A stretch of DNA of 64,000 nt from Chrysomallon squamiferum (Eukaryota; Animalia; Mollusca): the NCBI GenBank assembly GCA_012295275.1, contig CM022677.1, positions 23,994,001 through 24,058,000 on the forward strand. Direction: 5' to 3'. Numbering within the stretch: the first letter of the stretch is position 1; the number at the start of each line of letters is the position of its first letter. The notes under the pieces are model-generated. The model worked only from the letters and a program-made list of their open reading frames with translations, did not search any database and had not been told where the DNA came from. Shown one piece after another: positions 55,696 to 64,000 of this stretch. The position numbers and the translations under genes were made by a program.

Positions 55696-57107
55696 TGGCC
55701 TGCACGCGATGTAAACAATAAACAAAATTAACAATTTATTTTAAATTCAAGAAGAAACTTTCAACAACGTTTCGGCTTTTTTAATTTTTTTACAACTCTT
55801 ATTTACAACTAAATATTTTTACGTTTCTTTTTTTTGTTTCTTTTTTTTTCGTTATAATTTAAAAATAATTTGGCACTGACAACGGAGAGAAGTTTTTTTT
55901 TTTTTTTTTTCGTTCCTTTTTTTTTTTTTTGTTTCACGGTCTGTCGCAGTGCCTGCTGACCGGTCCGAAATGTTGTTCCGTTTTACCGATCCAGCGATTT
56001 TCATTTTTTTATATATACTTCTGTGTGTGTTGTCGGAAATAGGGACTATGCGGAAACGCGAAGGAGTGATCAACAGCCAACGTCATTCGCTTTCACGACG
56101 CCACCCCAGTACTGCCGTCATTCACTTCAACTACAACATGATGCATGGGTGTTTTGTGTTCATCCGCCTCAACGACATTTGTCAAACTTTCTTTTCGTGA
56201 CGTTTTGATTAATAGCAGGAGTTTGCGTTAATGGCATCAACATGGCAGTGAAAATACGTCATTGTCACGTGGTCATGCGGAAGTTCATTGACTGAAGGTC
56301 ATTTCGGGTATGCTATAAAGGTGATAAAGATAATAAAAATCAGACATTTATTTATATCATTGCACTTGCTTTCCAGGTTGTAATAATAATAATAATAATA
56401 ATAATGAGAACAAGAAGAGGAAAAAGACCACCATCAATAATAATCATAATGATGATGATGATGATGAGGATAGTAATAATGATGATAATGACGATGCTGT
56501 TTCATGACAACGGGGACGATGATGATGTTGTATAGTTTTTTATTTTAAAATTTATTTTTGTATTATTAAAAAAAAATGTTGAAATGTTATTAATTTTATT
56601 TGACTAAATTTCTTTAGTTTTATCTACTAAAAATATGAAAAGACGACATTTATTTTAAAAAATGAAAAAAAAAAAAAAAAACATCTTTGACCTCTGTTTG
56701 TGAACGTCACTCGGCTCGTTTCCATGGAGTAACGAATAACAAACAAACAAAACAAAAAACAAACAAAACAAAAAAGAAATACGAAGAAGAAAAACAGCCT
56801 GTGTATGCACAAAGATTAACGATTTTACTCGAGTTTCAAACAGCACAGCTCGGTCATTAACCTGAGAATTGGCGGACGAATGAATGAATAAATGAAAAAT
56901 TAAAGGAATGAATTTTTAAAAAATTACCCTTTCTTAAATACAAACACATACAGAGATACAGATGGATGGAACAGTGGATGGATGGATGGATGGATGAAAT
57001 GATGGACAGACAGATGGACAAATATACGGATAGATGGATGGATGGATGGATAAATAGGTATACAAATAGTGGATAGATAGTCTTATACGTAAATAGAAAG
57101 AAGTAAT

Positions 57108-57143
<36 letters not shown>

Positions 57144-57717
57144 GGCCGCCGGATAAACAGAAATCTTTAGATAGGTATCATCATTCAAATTATTTCTAAA
57201 ATGTCATAATTAAAGTTATTTATTTCATCATATGAATAATGTGTATTATCATTTAAATAATTTATTGACGTTTAAAAAACATTATTAAATCGAATATTAA
57301 TACATTTTTTTTTATTAATGCAAGTCATACTGATAAAAAACCATAAACTAGTATGATAAAGAAAGAATGACAGAATAAATCAGTAAAACAAATAATGAAT
57401 GAATGAATGAATGAGAGAAAGAAATGAATGAATGAATGAATGGAATAAAAGCTATGGAAATAAAAACTATGAATAACTAAACTAACCATTTTACTATGAA
57501 CAATGTTATTATCACAAGAAAGAAAATTAGCTAAAAAAAACACTGACATTTTAGAAATATTTTTATCTCTGATTACAAACTGTACACTGCACAGGTAGAC
57601 TCAGGTTATTAAACAGCTGTTCTGTTTCCCACCCTGCATTTCTTATCAGATCTAAAACTGTGACCATTTCATTCTTTAATATTGTTCTTTGCCCCACACA
57701 TTCAGAAGAAACCAGCC

Positions 57718-62154
<4,437 letters not shown>

Positions 62155-62166
62155 GTAAACACTAAT

Positions 62167-62229
<63 letters not shown>

Positions 62230-62437
62230 TTATTATATATATATCAATATATCAATACTGTGTCTCTATATCCATCAATAGTGTGCCTTCTGTTCATTTA
62301 TTGTCATCTACCATTTCGTTTTCTTTGTTTAATGAATATCGTTCGTTTGTTATATTTCGCCGTCTCTTCGTGAAACACTGAACTCTTTATTGACTTATTG
62401 ATTTGATTAGATCATTTTCTTTTCCTCACAAGACTGG

Positions 62438-62551
<114 letters not shown>

Positions 62552-62674
62552 CTCATATAGGAATATATTATTGCATGTGTGTCTATATGTGTGTAATAGA
62601 TAGATAGACAGGCAGATAGATATATTTATTATTTATTTATTTATAACAGAACCAATCAGCGTCAATCTAACAGC

Positions 62675-64000
62675 GTGTGTCTGTGTCTGTTTTTGTGTGT
62701 CTATATGAGTCTCTATCTGTGTATATCTGTGTGTGTCTGTGTAAATGTGTGTCTATATGAGTCTCTATCTGTGTATATCTGTGTGTGTCTGTGTAAATGT
62801 GTGTCTGTATGAGTCTCTATCTGTGTATATCTGCGTGTGTCTGTGTAAATGTGTGTCTATATGAGTCTATCTGTGTATATCTGTGTGTGTCTGTGTAAAT
62901 GTGTGTCTATATGAGTCTATCTGTGTATATCTGCGTGTGTCTGTGTAAATGTGTGTCTATATGAGTCTATCTGTGTATATCTGTGTGTGTCTGTGTAAAT
63001 GTGTGTCTATATGAGTCTATCTGTGTATATCTGCGTGTGTCTGTGTAAATGTAAATGTGTGTCTATATGAGTCTCTATCTGTGTATATCTGCGTGTGTCT
63101 GTGTAAATGTAAATGTGTGTCTATATGAGTCTCTATCTGTGTATATCTGTGTGTGTCTGTGTAAATATGTGTCTATATGAGTCTCTATCTGTGTATATCT
63201 GTGTGTGTCTGTGTAAATATGTGTCTATATGAGTCTCTATCTGTGTATATCTGTGTGTGTCTGTGTAAATGTGTGTCTATATGAGTCTATCTGTGTATAT
63301 CTGTGTGTGTCTGTTTTTGTGTGTCTATATGAGTCTATCTGTGTATATCTGTGTGTGTCTGTGTAAATGTGTGTCTATATGAGTCTATCTGTGTATATCT
63401 GTGTGTGTCTGTTTTTGTGTGTCTATATGAGTCTATCTGTGTATATCTGTGTGTGTATGTGTAAATGTGTGTCTATATGAGTCTATCTGTGTATATCTGC
63501 GTGTGTCTGTGTCTGTTTTTGTGTGTCTATATGAGTCTATCTGTGTATATCTGCGTGTGTCTGTGTCTGTTTTTGTGTGTCTATATGAGTCTCTATCTGT
63601 GTATATCTGTGTGTGTCTGTGTAAATGTGTGTCTATATGAGTCTATCTGTGTATATCTGCGTGTGTCTGTGTCTGTTTTTGTGTGTCTATATGAGTCTAT
63701 CTGTGTATATCTGCGTGTGTCTGTGTCTGTTTTTGTGTGTCTATATGAGTCTCTATCTGTGTATATCTGCGTGTGTCTGTGTCTGTTTTTGTGTGTCTAT
63801 ATGAGTCTATCTGTGTATATCTGCGTGTGTCTGTGTCTGTTTTTGTGTGTCTATATGAGTCTATCTGTGTATATCTGCGTGTGTCTGTGTCTGTTTTTGT
63901 GTGTCTATATGAGTCTCTATCTGTGTATATCTGCGTGTGTCTGTGTCTGTTTTTGTGTGTCTATATGAGTCTCTATCTGTGTATATCTGCGTGTGTCTGT
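62675..64000. repeat. Minisatellite with ~40-48 bp unit running to the window end
   Basis: Unit gtgtgtctatatgagtct(ct)atctgtgtatatctg(c/t)gtgtgtctgtgt(aaat/ctgttttt), roughly 30 copies. Confidence 0.95.

Noticed and set aside
63449-63968. Cys/Val-rich ORFs at the window end
   Set aside because: Translations of the minisatellite.

Overview
AT-rich, microsatellite-dense animal genomic DNA with spliceosomal introns; probably an invertebrate such as a mollusc (inference). Most ORFs in the supplied track are microsatellite artefacts. Left to right: (1) ~9 kb of decayed, internally duplicated mobile-element sequence, including an SGNH-hydrolase relic, apparently inside intron 1 of dUTPase. (2) DUT exon 1 (-) head-to-head with a complete 9-exon KTI12 gene (+), whose last intron is U12-type and whose intron 7 holds a hAT-like element. 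(3) Three tandem (-) genes encoding secreted proteins built from an ~50-aa 8-Cys module I cannot name, with low-complexity Pro/Gly/Gln linkers. (4) A (+) type II membrane gene with TM, furin site, collagen-like exon and Ig domains, ending in a satellite. The most unusual signal is repeated tandem duplication anchored exactly on splice junctions in four genes, creating arrays of decoy acceptors/donors that decay with distance from the exon. Other notable points are a strong excess of perfect CRE palindromes over the secreted-gene cluster and several apparent frameshifts, mostly at homopolymers, which may be assembly errors. All gene models were built by hand from splice sites and reading-frame phase.
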